A DNA stretch of 64,000 bases, from NCBI GenBank assembly GCA_000004985.1, contig GG738845.1; one strand, given 5' to 3'. Position 1 is the first letter of the stretch, and the number at the start of each line of letters is the position of its first letter. This DNA is from Naegleria gruberi. Its lineage: Eukaryota. The translations under genes were made by a program, and so were the position numbers. This document shows, piece after piece, positions 12,224 to 23,875 of the stretch. Under the pieces are notes generated by a model that saw only the letters and a list, made by a program, of their open reading frames with translations, was not told the origin of the DNA and did no database searches.

Positions 12224-12580
12224 TTATTCCAAGTTCGTTAATTTCATCCAAAAAATTCCACTTACAATCTTAAATACTGATGCTCCTCCAATAAGGCAGA
12301 TATGAAAAATATAGGCCAATATTAAAAATTTAACCAATTTGAAAAAAGCTTGAAATATAAGACCCGATGTAAACATAAGAGTTCTTGAAATAATGATGTA
12401 GACAATAACAGCATGAGAAACAAGTGAAGCAACATGAACTCCTAATATTGCATAATAAGCATATGAATTTGTAATCAGAGAAGGACCTATTGCATTACAC
12501 AGCAAATCTACAAACAATGAAATGAGAAGGAAGGTAATGCTTAATTTCATTTTTTTTGTATGATCAAATCTTAAATACAT
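12224..12580 (-). CDS. Small multi-pass membrane protein of about 118 aa, with a possible alternative spliced 3' end.
   Basis: ORF with a signal/TM-like start MKLSITFLLISLFVDLL and further hydrophobic helices. A strong GTAAGTG donor on the minus strand (plus 12259-12265) and a CAG acceptor (plus 12198-12203) would replace the last 13 aa with IQHWYGILQVIGLFF, with a stop at 12150-12152. This cannot be resolved without RNA data. Confidence 0.35.
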   Translation of the reverse strand: MYLRFDHTKKMKLSITFLLISLFVDLLCNAIGPSLITNSYAYYAILGVHVASLVSHAVIVYIIISRTLMFTSGLIFQAFFKLVKFLILAYIFHICLIGGASVFKIVSGIFWMKLTNLE

Positions 12581-12824
12581 TCTCGGAAAAAGGAGGGAAA
12601 CGAAATGCGTGGAATTGTTCTCTCACGCTTGAAGAATCCGTATTTCAATTCGAAAATTAATAAAAACTACAATTCTTTGTCTTTGGTGAATTGGTGTGAT
12701 AGGTGATGAAGTAATGGGAAAATCGGTGACGACAATAATCAAAACAAAAATACATCACACCATTAGTTGACCGCTGCTGAAAAAATAGTATTATAACCAA
12801 CAGATATTTCTCCAAATCATCAAC

Positions 12825-14014
12825 ATGTTGGCGAGTATTATTGGAACGGATTTTAAAGATCGTATTTTGTTGACGATTTCTTTAGTATTTGCATTGGTAC
12901 AGTTAACCTATGCTCAGAGTAATAATGCAACTACCAACGGCACTCCGAGTATTGTTTTTGAAAAGACTAATGAACCAATGATGGTGTTTTTAGCAATAGG
13001 TGTTTCTCAATGGATTTCCTGTTATTTTGTTGCTACTATTATGTATAATTCAGCCATTTCTAGCCCTTCTTTTAAATTCCCACAAATTAGTGAGAAAATG
13101 ACAGTTTCCTTTATTACAATTTTGAGATATGCCTATAGCGAACAACCACTATTTATGAGAAGAATTATTGATGCCTATTTTGTAAAGGCACTGTTTTATT
13201 TTATTGCCTTCTCTGTTGGTTTTTATTCTGGTATGTGTAATTAATTAGATTTTTACAATGTTCCTGATAGCTATTCAATTGTGGTTTGTTACAAACACAA
13301 ATGATTTGAGCAAATTGACAACAGTCAATGTTTTTCACATTGAAGTTAATAGAGGAGTTTTGATTGGTGGTGCTTCCTTATATTTCCTAGAATTGGTTTA
13401 CAGATCTAGAACTCAAATTATCATGATTGCGCACCATTTGGTAACTTTAGTAAATATTGTTTGGATGATTGAGTATGAAAAGACCAATTTGGCATATATG
13501 AAGATTTTCATGGTATATGTTTATTTTGTATTTTTGGGTAAGTGCTTGTTAGAATAATATTATTAACAATCCATTAGAATTCCCAGAATCATTTATTATG
13601 ATTGGATATCGTTTATTCTGTTGTTGGGTTTCTGATTCTAAAATACCTTTGAAAATAAGAGTTGTCTACAAGAGACGTATGAAATATTCAGTACTTGCTC
13701 TTGCTTGGATTGATACAATTTTCAAAATTATTGGAAATATTATTGTTCTAGCTATGATTATTATTATGTGGGACGAATTCCCAGTTGAGGTCAGAATTGT
13801 ATTGATTATTAGTTTTACTGTATTTTTAATTGCTCAAGCTTGGGGACCATACATTTTCTTCAAATTATATTTCAAACTTAGTAAGGCAATTGAAGAGGAT
13901 AAAGAAAGAGAACATCGCGCCTTGTTAGAAGAAGATTCTGATGAATCAGCTCTTAGCACATACAAACCAATCAATGATGGTAACGAAGTTCAACTCAGAA
14001 GCCAACACATGTAG
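12825..14014 (+). CDS. Multi-pass membrane protein of about 369 aa, 3 exons: join(12825..13230,13271..13537,13578..14014). Possibly TLC (TRAM/LAG1/CLN8)-like.
   Basis: Three ORF-track ORFs (12825-13244, 13258-13557, 13598-14014) are linked by 40-nt introns (gtatgt...gatag; gtaagt...cattag) with compatible phases. There are seven or more hydrophobic helices, a conserved-looking IAHHLVTL, and a charged C-terminal tail. Confidence 0.45.
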
Positions 14015-14058
14015 TTTAGTTTCTTATGGAATAAATAAGTTTATCAATTTTACAATTT

Positions 14059-14520
14059 TCATTTATTTGAATTGACACCCAGATTTCTATTCAAAGTTGG
14101 AAGGGAGGAGGATTGAGAAGGTTGTGAAGAGTTTTGTCTAGCAAGTTTGGCTTCTGTATTTTCAAAGAAATTTTCTCTAACATTCCCCCTTTCATAAACT
14201 TTTGAATAAATAGAGTATGCATCGTCTGAAATATATTGGAGAGGTGTGTTTGGTTCTTGTCCAATTTCCGAACGTAAACATTTGATGTATGTTGAAAGAA
14301 GTGAAAAACTGATGCTTGGGTTGAATGTTTTCCAAGTGCCAGCATAAAACTCCTCTAATCTAATATCACACCTATGTGGACGAACATAATCAAGTGTGCG
14401 GTTATCCTTTTTCTTTTTAGCTCCCTTGTTGTTTGTACTCTTATCGTTAATTGTTAATTTTGTTGAATCATTTTCCACTCTTTCCGATTGTATTGTTTCT
14501 TCTTGTGTTTGCTTGTTCAT
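14059..14520 (-). CDS. Hypothetical basic protein, about 153 aa.
   Basis: ORF 14059-14559. The first ATG gives MNKQTQEETIQ. It has a K-rich stretch (KGAKKKKDNR) followed by DYVRPHRCDIRLEEFYAGTWKTFNP. No family recognised. Confidence 0.4.
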   Translation of the reverse strand: MNKQTQEETIQSERVENDSTKLTINDKSTNNKGAKKKKDNRTLDYVRPHRCDIRLEEFYAGTWKTFNPSISFSLLSTYIKCLRSEIGQEPNTPLQYISDDAYSIYSKVYERGNVRENFFENTEAKLARQNSSQPSQSSSLPTLNRNLGVNSNK

Positions 14521-14591
14521 TTTTTCTTGTTCGTTTAAATGAGTTTGATGTGGCGCCAAATAAATAAACTTTATCTACAATTTAAAAAAAA

Positions 14592-17500
14592 ATGAATCCA
14601 AATGAATTGTTACAGCTTCGACAAGCCCGACTTGAAGCTTTACGAGAAAACAAGAAGTTTAAGGATGAATGGGCAGAGAACAATGAAAAAATACATAAAA
14701 GAAATATGGACATTAAGAAGGAACGAGAAGCTATTGATATAAAAATTAAAACATCAATGTCTTTGAAAAAAAAAAGACAAGAGGAGGTAAGATGTCTTTA
14801 GATCCGATTATTAATTAATGTAGTTGAGAAAAAAAGTTTCAAGATCCGAAGTGTTTTCAGGCATTGAGGAGTTTGAAAAAAAGTTGGAGCATACCGAAAC
14901 CAATAAAGAACCACAACTGGAAAAAGCATCTGTGCCAGTCAATGCTAATACATCAGTCACCTCAATAGAAAAACTAGAAAAGGAAAGTTCGAACACAAGA
15001 GATGCCAACTCTTATCTTAAAAAGATAAAAGCTAAAAGAAGTGAAGAGCATGCAAGTAGAAAGGAGAAGGAGCAAAGAAGAAGAAAAGTTCTAATGGAAC
15101 AACAACAGGTGTTTAAAGACTTAGAAGAATCCAGAAGAAGAGAGGTACTACTGGAAAAATTAATGAAAAAATCTATGGAGGAAAGACAGTTAGCCAAAGA
15201 GTTAAACGAAATTAAACAATTAAAACAGGTGATGAAGGAAAATAGAGAAATAAGAGAAAAACAATATGCTGAAAGAAGAAGAAAAGATTTTGAAGAGAAG
15301 CAAAGAAGAGAAACTGACCTTATGGAAAAGGAAAAGGAGGAAAGAAAAATCAAAAAGAGGGAGTTAATTGAAAAGCACAAACTATTGTTGGAAGAGAAGT
15401 CGAAACAAAAAAGAGAAAAACATTGGAATATTTGCTTTGAGATTTCTAATCAGATCATTGATTTATCATTTAAAGAAATTGAATATGCTGAAACAACAGA
15501 AGGAGAAAAGCCAACAACAGCAGAGATTCTTGAATGGAGAAAAATGTTCGTAAAGGGTGTCTATGATGATGAATCCACAAAGGAAGATGATGCTGAGCTC
15601 GAACAGTCTAGAGAAATGGAACAAAGTCTTCAAACACATGAAACTGTTGATTTAGATGTGATTGATATGGCAGAATTTAAGGATTATTTATCATGTAAGG
15701 GAGTTTGGAAAGAATCTTCTGATGAAACAGAAAAGGTATCCAACTTTATCAAAGATGTAGTCTCAAAACTTCACGATAAGATTCATCCTCTACCTTCACC
15801 AAAGACTGAACCTGTTCTCAAGAGCAAATATTCATATAATGTAATTTTGACAGGAAAACCAATGAGCGGGAAATCAACTGTTTGCAAAAAAATAGCATCT
15901 CAACTTTCTCTCTTTCACATCAATACAGAGGCTATTTTAAAATCACTCCTGGATGGGGAGAACAAGTCATCAGAGTATTCAGAAATTGCTAATAGAGCTA
16001 GAGCCTGTTTGTTGGATGGTAGGGAAATAGATGAAGAAATAATAGTTGACTTGATATTATTGGAGATAGAAAAAGTTGAAAAAATAGAAAATACAACATA
16101 CCAAGGGTGGTTGATAGAAGGTTATCCATTGACTCTGGAGGCAGCAAAAATTTTAGAGAGAAGAATATCAGGATACACACCATCTGTGGAGGAATTTGTT
16201 GGGACAGATTCTGAAGTCAAGCTGAACTCTGTTATTCTAAATCAAAATAGTTGCAAGAAGTCTGATGAAGAGCTTATGAAGCGTTTAGTACCATTCCAGG
16301 CATTCACATCTGTAATATTTATTGATGTTGAAGATGAATTAGTTTTCGAACGATTGGCAGACCAAAAAGTGGATCCTCTTACTGGAACTGTTTACCACAT
16401 GATTTACTCACCACCTGAGAGTGTGGACATTTCTACAAGACTTGTACCAATTGATGAACATGTAAGATTGGACAAGGCTCAAATTAATTCCCAACTGGTT
16501 TCGTTTGCTAAATCAAAGCGTGAACTAATGAATTGGTATAAGAAATTTGAAAATGTGTTTGAAGCAAAAGAAAACAGTATTGATGATTTGGTAAAAGAAT
16601 GTTCCAATATTATTACTAATCACAAGAGAGAACCATTCCAAAACCACATTCAAACGGAACCAGAAAATTCAGAAATAGAGCAAAGTGGTGGACCTGAAAA
16701 AAAAGAACTCGATGTTGAATTTTGCAAGTTATTCTTGAGTGAGTGGATGTCAATAGAACAAAATTATGTGGGCAGCTGCAAATTGGTGTTTAGGAATTTG
16801 AGAGATTTTAGAAAGTCATTCTTTAAGCAATTTTCAGATCTCAAAGAGCAATTCATGAACTTTTTACTTAGACCAGACGACAAACAAGTGTATATCACTC
16901 AATTCCAGAATGACTTCAACAGATTACCATTAGAACTTAGGAGTAATTCTCAAGTGAAAGATGAGCTTCATAGAAGGTCTGAAGATCTCAAGGAAACTCT
17001 TTGGACTCTATGTGACGAGAAAAAGTTAGAGGCAGAAAAGGAATTAGAAGAGCACCAGAAAGAATCATGGTTAAAAACACACAAAAAAGCTGTCACACGC
17101 CAATACATGCAACTCATTCAATTGGAGCTTAACAGATTTATAGAACAGAGCAAGTTTTTATTTGATTATTTTGTTGAACAATACTTTTCTAACGATTTAA
17201 GCATTGGTGCAACAATTGATCTAAAGAAAACTTTATCTGCCCCAATTCTTTCTGTAAATATTGAGGAGTTATTTGTTGATGTCATCTCAGGGGCTTCAAA
17301 CACCAAATCAACAAACAAAAAGCCAACAAAACCTTCCACGAATTCCAGCACCAGATCAAAGATTGATCAACAAGACCAAGACCTTAACATTGAAGATTGC
17401 TTTGAAAGAGCAAAAACTACATGTGATACTCTAGATCTTTTAATTACACTGCAAAATTACATTGATAAAAACGGGAAAAAGAAAAAGGAGAAAACAAAGG

Positions 17501-18684
17501 ATCCCTATGTTGATATTCCTTTGGAAGTGAGAGAGTGTATGGGGAAAGAGAAGGAGATATTTTTGAGAAGGATTACGCTCATTAAGGAAAGATGTCTAAA
17601 TTCCCTTAAAGACCAACTTGAATCAAAATCTAATCATATTTTCGGCACCATGAGAGATTGGATAGGACAACGTTACAGAACCGATATGGCAAATATTGGT
17701 CTCCTTTCCAGAACCATACAAGATTTTATTGAAAAGGAAACTCCTATAGTTAACGAGATGAGAATAGAAGGTAACAAGTGTATAATAGATGAGAGTGTAC
17801 AGATGACTAACCCGTTACCATTGCACTCTACAAGTAGATCTCAATTGACTACGCAAGAAGCTCCGGAGACAGTGGTTTCCTTCACTAAATCATTCACACC
17901 ACATCAAGTATTTTCATTATACGAAAGGCTACAAGCACCAAGTCCTAGCGGATTTGTTGAGCTAGAAGAGATTACTACTACACTTTTAATTCTTATCGAT
18001 TCAACATTCGGATCAATGGAACTGCCAAACCAATGGTTAGACTATGACAATGACAAGGTTAGAGAAATTACAAAAAGGTTTGATCCATTCAAGAAGGGAT
18101 ATATTAATTGGAGAACATTTTTATTATCTGCTTTATTTACATTTTTCCATCGTCTTCCAACCATTGAGGATATTAGAAAACTCCTTTTAATAGTTCATCC
18201 GCTTGTGTCATCTGGAGAAACCAACTTAAAGCAAGAACAATTTACGGATCTTTTAATCAGATGGATTGGCGAAACAGGTATTTCAAGTAATGAGGAAGAG
18301 GTATCAAAAGTGTTGTTCAACCTTTTCAAACCATTTATTAATGCAACAGTCTCCAACACTGTAAATATTAGAAGCGTTCTCCTTTACCTTTGTTTAGATA
18401 ATCAATCAATTATTGGAACTCTCACAAAGGGATTTGAAGTATTGTCCTATCTGAATGGAACAGAAGGTTTGGATGATAGTGGTGTCTTTGAAATCATGAA
18501 TTTTAATATTGATGTTGAAGAGGACGTAGAAGATTCATTTTCACTTTCTCAAATAAGAGCAGTTTTTGCAGAACTGAAAAAGTCAAAGTCTAGTGTGTCC
18601 CTTGAAGAATTTTCATGTGCCTCCATTGGCAAGACAATGCTAAAAAAAAGTGTACATTTGAAATTGGGTTCTGTATTCTATTAG
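14592..18684 (+). CDS. Coiled-coil protein of about 1351 aa with a central, probably inactive, adenylate kinase domain and a C-terminal EF-hand-like region; SPEF2/CPC1-like flagellar central-pair candidate. Join(14592..14786,14824..18684).
   Basis: Intron gtaaga...aatgtag 14787-14823 joins ORF 14592-14801 to ORF 14824-18684 in phase 0. The AK fold is recognisable: P-loop LTGKPMSGKSTVCKKIA; GWLIEGYPLTLEAA aligns with the AK GFLIDGFPRT motif; LID-like RLADQKVDPLTGTVYHMIYSPPE aligns with [22 protein letters not shown]. The catalytic arginines of the GFPR and LID motifs are replaced (L, Q/K, T). The N-terminus is an E/R/K-rich coiled coil, and DPFKKGYINWRTF is EF-hand-loop-like. Confidence 0.55.
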
Positions 18685-18697
18685 AGAAATAAAACAT

Positions 18698-21421
18698 TTA
18701 CAATTTATTTTCGAGCAATTTCAATGCCATTTCTTCAGCTTCATCAAGACCAACAGTTTGCTTCTTCTTTTTTGGAACAATAGTTGGCAGATTGGATTGA
18801 GTAGCCATTAACTGGTCGAACTTTCTCTTCTTTTCGTCTGCTTTTTCTTTGACTTGCTTGTCATGTTCTGCCTTTTCTTTGAACCTTTGTGTTGTAGAAA
18901 CTTTTTGCTCTGGTTGTTCCATAGCATTCACAAAGTCTTCATAAGATTCATCAACATCCTCTTCATCAGGCAAGGCACTTGTACTGGTGTTGGGAGTGTT
19001 GGCTTTAACAACCCTTTGGTAGTCAAATGGATCTTCCTCCAAAAGATCAGCCTTTCTTCTAAGCTCTTCCAATTCTTTCTCTCTCTTCTTTGTAATTTCC
19101 TTCTGATTTTTTAATCTCTCCTTATCCTGTTCTTTATCTGTGGAAGCAGTCTTTTTCATTCTAGTTTTAATTTCATTTAGAAACTCAGAACGATCATTAG
19201 TCAAATTGGATAAGTTGGTATTCTTTAATTCGCTCAAAACAGACTCCAACTTGGATATTTTCCCACCTTCCTTGTTAAAAATAATGTGCTTTTTTCCATC
19301 AATCTTTTGCATGAATTTCTTCTTATTTACATAGAGTGGGACATTATCCTTTTCATCCAATTTGTGATTTTCTCTTTTCATATAAAAGAAATCATCATCT
19401 GCTGTAACCTCCTCTCCTATTACAATCTTGTCTAATTCTGCCTTCTTTTGCATGAATTTGTCAATTTTAGATAATTTCTTCTTTTTCTTTTCTTCTCCCT
19501 CTTCTGGTTCATTTTCCAAATCTTTTTCAGAATCTGAATCGTCTGAGTCATCGTCTGAATCGTCTGAATCGCTAGATACAGCGTTAGGATCGTACTCCAC
19601 CTGATATTGAATATCGTCATCTGCATCATCAACAGGAATACTGTCAATCATATTTTGAATTTTGACATCTTCCTCTTCGTCGCTTTCTTCATTTCTTGGA
19701 TTTTCTTCTCCTTCTGCGCTATCATAGTCAACCTCTGGTTGCTCCTCTTCATCTCCTTTTTGAATTTTACCATTCTCTGTGGTTACGTCTGATTCTGAAT
19801 CGCTTGAATCACTGGAGTCCATTTCATCCGAATCATCATCACTGCTTTGATCGTCCTCTGCATCATCCTCTGTCATATTAAGGCGTACTTCCTTCTTTAC
19901 TCTATCGCTTGGGTTCAGGATCAATACAGGTTTAATAGCAAGCCCCAGCTTGACAGCAAATGCATCCAAATTGAGTGCCTTAAAATCAATATCATAACCA
20001 TAATGTTTGTAAACATGTTTAAGATATGTTTGGAAATATTTAACAGCAGCTTGCTTTAAATTTGTATCGTGTGATAGAAGGGCAGCGAGTTGAGCTCTGA
20101 TAGTGACAATCTTTTCTGGATTAATTTTCATTTCCTTTAAACTTCCTGTTTCCAAACTATCCTTATCAAATAAAAATGTTAAGAGAGGCTTTTCTTGTGG
20201 AGTTACAACAACGACTGATTTTCCATCAGCATCATTTCTAGCAGTTCTTCCCATTCTATGAATGTAAAAAGCTTTGGAAACTGGTGCATCGAGTTGTAAA
20301 ACGAAATCTACGCGAGGAAAATCCAATCCACGAGCTGCTATATCTGTTGCAAAGAGAACTGCTGCTTTAGCTGATGTAAACCCTTCGAACATTTCTCTTC
20401 TAGAGCCTTGCGACATTCTTCCTGCCAATTTGAACATTTTAACTGATAGTGGTAAGTGTTTAAACACAGTATGTAAAAATGAGACTTGTTTCACAGTGGA
20501 CGAAAAAACAATAACCTTCTTATTTTGGTGAGACTTGAGGAAAGAGAATAAAATATCAATCTTATCTTCCAATTGACATTCAATATAGTGTTGAGTTAAT
20601 TGTTTTGGAACTGGTTCTGATTCGTGGACAGATATATATTCTGTATTTGTCTTACTTAATGAAAGTCGTGCAAGATCTTTGATATCTCTAGTTTGAGTAG
20701 CACTAAACAAAAGTGTTTGTCTGCTTTTTGGTAAGCCATCCAAAATTGAGTTCAATTCATTTCTGAAACCTAATTCAAGTAATCTATCAGCTTCATCCAA
20801 AACAAGAACTTGTAGGTTTGAACAAATAAATCCTGCTGTTTCATCCATATGTTGAAGTAATCTACCAGGTGTTGCAACAAGAATATTCATATTACAAATA
20901 TGTTCTTTTTCCTCTTTTAAATTCTTAGTACCACCAACAAGTAAACCTGCTGAAAAATGGTGGTATCTTCCACAAAGTTTTAAAACTTCGAATATTTGCT
21001 GTGCTAATTCTCTATTTGGTGATAAAATCAATGCACCAAGTCCATCAAGTTTTCCCCATCTTTTTCTATATAATAATTCTAATACTGGCAATACAAATGC
21101 TAAAGTTTTACCGGAGCCTGTTCTGGCAGCACCTAGAATATCCCTTCCTCCTAGTGCATGTAGTATTGATGCCTTTTGAATGTCCTTCATAGTGACAAAG
21201 CCAGCTTTTTTAAGTGCATCTTTAGAATATTGAGAGATTGGTAATTCTAAAAATTTACTAAATTGTGATGGCAATGCTACAGAAGATTTGGTTGATGTTT
21301 TAGCAAGAGGGTTAATTCCTTTTGGTGGTGTTAATTCAATAACTTTTTGTTTAAGTATTTCCACTTCCTCGTTCTCCTTCTTTAACTTTTCAACAGGAGT
21401 TAACCGCGTAGATCTTGGCAT
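18698..21421 (-). CDS. DDX10: DEAD-box ATP-dependent RNA helicase, DDX10/Dbp4 type, 907 aa, with a long acidic/lysine-rich C-terminal extension.
   Basis: Q-motif region ...FVTMKDIQKASILHAL; Walker A AARTGSGKTLAF; PTRELA-like SPNRELAQQ; DEAD box VLDEADRLLELGF; SAT (FSATQT); HRMGRTAR. The N-terminus MPRSTRLTPVEKLKKENEE is typical of Dbp4. Confidence 0.85.
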   Translation of the reverse strand: MPRSTRLTPVEKLKKENEEVEILKQKVIELTPPKGINPLAKTSTKSSVALPSQFSKFLELPISQYSKDALKKAGFVTMKDIQKASILHALGGRDILGAARTGSGKTLAFVLPVLELLYRKRWGKLDGLGALILSPNRELAQQIFEVLKLCGRYHHFSAGLLVGGTKNLKEEKEHICNMNILVATPGRLLQHMDETAGFICSNLQVLVLDEADRLLELGFRNELNSILDGLPKSRQTLLFSATQTRDIKDLARLSLSKTNTEYISVHESEPVPKQLTQHYIECQLEDKIDILFSFLKSHQNKKVIVFSSTVKQVSFLHTVFKHLPLSVKMFKLAGRMSQGSRREMFEGFTSAKAAVLFATDIAARGLDFPRVDFVLQLDAPVSKAFYIHRMGRTARNDADGKSVVVVTPQEKPLLTFLFDKDSLETGSLKEMKINPEKIVTIRAQLAALLSHDTNLKQAAVKYFQTYLKHVYKHYGYDIDFKALNLDAFAVKLGLAIKPVLILNPSDRVKKEVRLNMTEDDAEDDQSSDDDSDEMDSSDSSDSESDVTTENGKIQKGDEEEQPEVDYDSAEGEENPRNEESDEEEDVKIQNMIDSIPVDDADDDIQYQVEYDPNAVSSDSDDSDDDSDDSDSEKDLENEPEEGEEKKKKKLSKIDKFMQKKAELDKIVIGEEVTADDDFFYMKRENHKLDEKDNVPLYVNKKKFMQKIDGKKHIIFNKEGGKISKLESVLSELKNTNLSNLTNDRSEFLNEIKTRMKKTASTDKEQDKERLKNQKEITKKREKELEELRRKADLLEEDPFDYQRVVKANTPNTSTSALPDEEDVDESYEDFVNAMEQPEQKVSTTQRFKEKAEHDKQVKEKADEKKRKFDQLMATQSNLPTIVPKKKKQTVGLDEAEEMALKLLENKL

Positions 21422-21573
21422 TTTTTTCCTTCAAACATCTTAAGTCGTCTGTATTTAGTTTGTCTAAAGTCTTCCAACATTCAACAATAACCTTGAAACT
21501 TTTGTTTTAAATTGAAGGTGATAAAGGATTGATTTTGATTGCATAAAACGAATATAATTATTCATTAAAAAAA

Positions 21574-23094
21574 ATGCTCAAGTCTAGTGGATTCATATTC
21601 AACCCTCGAGTCATTGCCAATAATGTCATCGGAATCACAAGGAAGAGTAACAATTCACCATTCATGAATTGTTATAATGCTCCATCAAGAGTGATTAGTG
21701 CCTTGTATCATTTTAACATTATTGCGAACAAGAAGTTTTCCTCTTTTACCAGTGGAGGAGGAGCCGATAGAACTCAACTAACTATTTATGAACAATTGAG
21801 ATCAAGAACATCATCTCATAGAGAAGATAATGAAGATAATGAAGAAAGAGTAAAAGAAAAACCAAGAGTTGTCAATAAGAATCAGAGGTATTTGGACCGA
21901 AATGAAAAGAGACATTCCAGACAAGCTCACGATGATGGAAGCAGAAGAAGAGAAGGAAGGGATAGAGACTACCATAGTAGAGACAGAAGAAGGAAACAAA
22001 ACCATTTCGAAGAAGATGATCCTTGGGCTGAAAAGCCAAAAGTAAAGAAATATTTACCGCCTCCTGAGCTCACTAGAAACAAATACATCACAGATGACTT
22101 GGAGCATCATTTTTCGAATAGCAAACCTAAGACTAAGGTTCCAGCCTTCTTTGCAAATATTTCTAACTCTGCACAAGATGTACAAAAGATGAAATCTAAT
22201 GTAATCAACCATATTGCAGATCATAAAATGAAAAGGGGACACATTCAGAACATCTCACACAAGAACTCAACAACGAAAATTGAAACCCCAATTGTAGATA
22301 AGATTGATTCTGAGCTAAGTGAATTATTAGGAGGTGAAGATATTGAACTTTCACAAAATTCTAAAAGATTTGAAATTATTGATAGTATCGCCAATCTTGA
22401 AGATAATGCTCTCTTTGATGAAATTGAAAATGAAGAAATAGATCTCTCTCAAATCAACCTATCTCCTGAAGAAAATCGTTCAAGACTTCAAACTTTTTAC
22501 TTTTCAACTCTTCCTGAATACATAGAAGAATGTTTATTGAACATTTTGAAAAATCAAGACTCAATGACAGACAGTGAATATTACAAATATCTCAATATGG
22601 AAAGGTTGTACATTACCAGTGCAAAACTTTCTGAAGATTATAGAACAATAACGTTAAACTATAGATTGTTGGTAAGAGAAGGTATTGATGAAATGGGAGA
22701 GGAAGCTAACCAAAGAGATGCTCAAATTATTGATAAATTATTTGCCACCCAATTTGTCAAACCAACACTAGAAACCTTTGAGAATATGCATGGTAGAGTG
22801 ATGTTGCGTGATTTTGAAAAGCCAAAGACTATCAAACTCAATTTTAAGGGAATCAAATTGCATGAACCAAGTATTTTTGACGAGCCATTACCAAATGTTA
22901 AACCTGGTGAGAGAAGACCACACATTAACCCATTTGCAGAACTGCCATATTTTACAGGAAAACCAATGAGTGGTGAAAGAGCAATTAACATTCTCAATAA
23001 CTTGGGTATTAGCATCCCAGACGATTCAGAAGCAGCAGAAAAAAAGAACTCAGATAAACCAACCACAACGAGAAAACAAAGAGAAACAAAATAA
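21574..23094 (+). CDS. Hypothetical protein, 506 aa, with a presequence-like N-terminus, an R/D/E-rich low-complexity segment and a conserved-looking C-terminal domain; possibly mitochondrial.
   Basis: Continuous ORF. The N-terminus MLKSSGFIFNPRVIANNVIGITRKSN is basic/hydroxylated and lacks acidic residues, like a mitochondrial targeting peptide. No family recognised. It lies convergent with bL17m, whose last exon starts about 40 bp away. Confidence 0.45.
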   Translation: MLKSSGFIFNPRVIANNVIGITRKSNNSPFMNCYNAPSRVISALYHFNIIANKKFSSFTSGGGADRTQLTIYEQLRSRTSSHREDNEDNEERVKEKPRVVNKNQRYLDRNEKRHSRQAHDDGSRRREGRDRDYHSRDRRRKQNHFEEDDPWAEKPKVKKYLPPPELTRNKYITDDLEHHFSNSKPKTKVPAFFANISNSAQDVQKMKSNVINHIADHKMKRGHIQNISHKNSTTKIETPIVDKIDSELSELLGGEDIELSQNSKRFEIIDSIANLEDNALFDEIENEEIDLSQINLSPEENRSRLQTFYFSTLPEYIEECLLNILKNQDSMTDSEYYKYLNMERLYITSAKLSEDYRTITLNYRLLVREGIDEMGEEANQRDAQIIDKLFATQFVKPTLETFENMHGRVMLRDFEKPKTIKLNFKGIKLHEPSIFDEPLPNVKPGERRPHINPFAELPYFTGKPMSGERAINILNNLGISIPDDSEAAEKKNSDKPTTTRKQRETK

Positions 23095-23134
23095 ACATGC
23101 TGGATAATATCCGTATTATTGGTTGTTTTTGGAT

Positions 23135-23696
23135 TTACATCTTTAATTCTTCTTGGAATTTTTGCAAGGTTTCCTCAGGAGTAAGTTCCTTCTTTTCATT
23201 CTTTTCAAAAAGAAACTCTGGCGCCTTTTCTTTATCTAAAAGTGTAATAGTTGCCATGGTTGCATTGTCACCCTTTCTGTTCTTCCACAATCTTTCAATT
23301 GATGTATAACCTCCTTGTCGTTCCTTGAATCTCTCTGGGAATGTTTGGATAGCTTTTTGGATAGCTTCTTCTTCATATAAATACGATTTAATTTGATTGT
23401 GGGCATGCTCGCTATTTCTCTTAGAAAGTGTAACCATCTTGTCGATGAAGGTTCTCAATTGCTTTGCTTTCACTATCGTTGTTGTTATTTTATCGTGTTT
23501 AATCAAGTTTGTGGTCAAACTTCTCATAAGAGCTTTATATCCAATCCATAACAAATTAATAAATGTAAAACATCCAATCCGTATCATGTTCAAAATTAAC
23601 ACGTTCCAATTTAATATCCACTACGAAATTTCGTTTACACATACCTTCTCTTTGGGCGGCGTCTCTTGAAAAATGTTTAAAGAAATGTCCTCTCAT
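23135..23696 (-). CDS. MRPL17: Mitochondrial ribosomal protein bL17m (L17 family), join(23645..23696,23135..23532) on the minus strand.
   Basis: Exon 1 encodes MRGHFFKHFSRDAAQRE; a 112-nt intron (donor gtatgt at plus 23644, acceptor 'ataaag' at 23533) then joins LMRSLTTNLIKHDKITTTIVKAKQLRTFIDKMVTLSKR...GGYTSIERLWKNRKGDNATMATI. This matches bacterial and mitochondrial L17 (HRKAMLRNL..LKHEKI.TT..KAKELR.....ITLAK...GGYTRI.K...RRGDNAPMA). The ORF-track M at 23602 lies in the intron. Confidence 0.75.
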
Positions 23697-23875
23697 TTTT
23701 TGTATTTTTATTTATTCAATTTTTTCATATCAATTTGAAATTTATTATTAATAAACCTTCAAAGAGAGTGACCTGATTAACTACAGCTTATTATTGCAAT
23801 GATTGTTACTTAAAATTTAACGTTGCCTCCAAAATAACTCTGTAGTTTTCTTTGTAGTTGCAAACCGCTAAAAAA

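Noticed and set aside
15837-22980. A shared GKPMSG(K/E) hexapeptide in the AK-domain protein (15858) and the hypothetical protein 21574-23094 (about 22960).
   Set aside because: It is a six-residue coincidence with no surrounding similarity. In the second protein it is not in a P-loop context.
23533-23644. Annotated Met start at 23602 for the bL17m ORF.
   Set aside because: It falls inside the 112-nt intron. The real start is the upstream 17-codon exon (MRGHFFKHFSRDAAQRE), which restores the conserved L17 N-terminus.
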